The notes under the pieces were generated by a model. The model saw nothing but the letters and a program-made list of their open reading frames with translations, did no database searches and was not told where the DNA came from. Of a stretch of 64,000 nt of DNA, positions 63,060 to 64,000 are shown in pieces. Positions within the stretch are counted from its first letter, which is position 1, and every line of letters starts with the position of its first letter. Source of the DNA: Nitrospirota bacterium (GTDB lineage: Bacteria > Nitrospirota > UBA9217); assembly GCA_963754875.1 (NCBI GenBank), contig CAVWHO010000010.1, positions 96,001-160,000 on the forward strand. The letters run 5' to 3'. A program made the translations under genes and the position numbers.

Positions 63060-64000
63060 CACACCTTCGGAAGATGTCTCTGCGGGCTTGAGGGGCGGCC
63101 TCCCTCTTTCTGAGAGACCGACCGTCGCGCAGATCAATTTAGAGGCGTTGTCCCATAATTACGCTGAAGTAGTACGCCGTGCCGAAGGCAGAAACATCCT
63201 TGCTGTGGTGAAGGCAGGTGCTTACGGTCATGGTGCCGTACCGGTTTCCAGGAGACTCCTCAGTCTCGGCGCTGACATGCTCGGTGTTGCCCTGGTCGAA
63301 GAGGCGCGGGAACTTCGCATGGCCGGCATTCATGCACCCATTTTGGTCATGGGGACCGAGTTCCCGGAACAGGCAGAAGCGGTTCGTCGAATTAAAACTT
63401 ACACCGGTGCTCACCTCCCTGTCGTTCGCCCATGCATTATCGGCAGCTGCAGAGACGTTGAAGACGAAGGTCCCGGTCCATATTAAAATTGATACAGGCA
63501 TGGGAAGGATCGGTATTCCTCCTGAGGAGGCGGTTGATTTTATCGTTGCGCTCGGTAGGCTTCCCGGAATCGACGTACAGGGCCTGATGACACATTTTGC
63601 CGACGCTGACCTCCGTGACAAGGAGTATGCATCGAAACAGCTTGATCGCTTTGAATCGCTTATAACAGAACTCTCTGCGCGGGGAATTACGATTCCGTTC
63701 AGGCATGCCGCGAACAGCGCAGCAATTCTCGATTACCACCGCGCGCTCTTTACCATGGTGAGGCCGGGGCTCATGCTCTACGGGTACAATCCGCTCGAAG
63801 CAGGAGTTGAAAAGGCAGACCTTAGGCCGGTGCTGTCGCTGGTCACGCGGATTGCTTTTCTGAAAAAAGTTCCGACCGGCGTTCCGATCAGCTATGGCCG
63901 GACCTTTGTGACGCAGGCGCGAGAGCCTCATTGCCACGCTCCCGATCGGGTACGCAGATGGTTACAGCCGCAGTCTGTCGAATACCGGAGAGGCCATTGT
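63040..64000 (+). CDS. alr: Alanine racemase (frameshifted, runs off window end)
   Basis: AVVKAGAYGHG, HIKIDTGMGRIG, MTHFA, HAANSA, VRPG, ISYG, GYADG. Confidence 0.96.

Overview
Bacterial chromosomal window of mostly housekeeping genes; gene content and order suggest a Nitrospirota/deltaproteobacteria-like organism (inference only). In order: pilD 3' end and a PAS kinase/sigma54 regulator pair; a decayed defence-type island (2.9-7.9 kb) with type III R-M, NYN and UPF0158 fragments, two candidate structured RNAs and small hypothetical genes; ligA, nfo, radical SAM, PHP, TPR, hybrid kinase, mltD-like, queE, NFACT; an uncharacterised envelope block (21.4-31 kb: CHASE2 adenylate cyclase, SH3 protein, M48 protease, beta-barrel, M6 protease with CFI-box-CTERM, Ser/Thr-rich lipoprotein, thioredoxin); mazG, glnD, tamB, polA, comFB facing a diguanylate cyclase, aminotransferase, Co/Ni ECF transporter, lptCAB-rpoN-hpf-ptsN-hprK-rapZ-mannose-type PTS-ptsH-ptsI, cobD-like, alr. 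About 15 genes, several essential, are split by single-base indels that look like long-read errors rather than pseudogenes. No rRNA, tRNA, CRISPR array, integrase, transposase or reverse transcriptase was seen. Best leads for new biology: the cyclase/SH3/M48 module with a structured intergenic RNA and its linked surface-protein block, and a promoter-RNA-terminator-NYN arrangement resembling an RNA-antitoxin locus. All RNA folds were paired by eye and all family calls come from motif recognition, not database searches.
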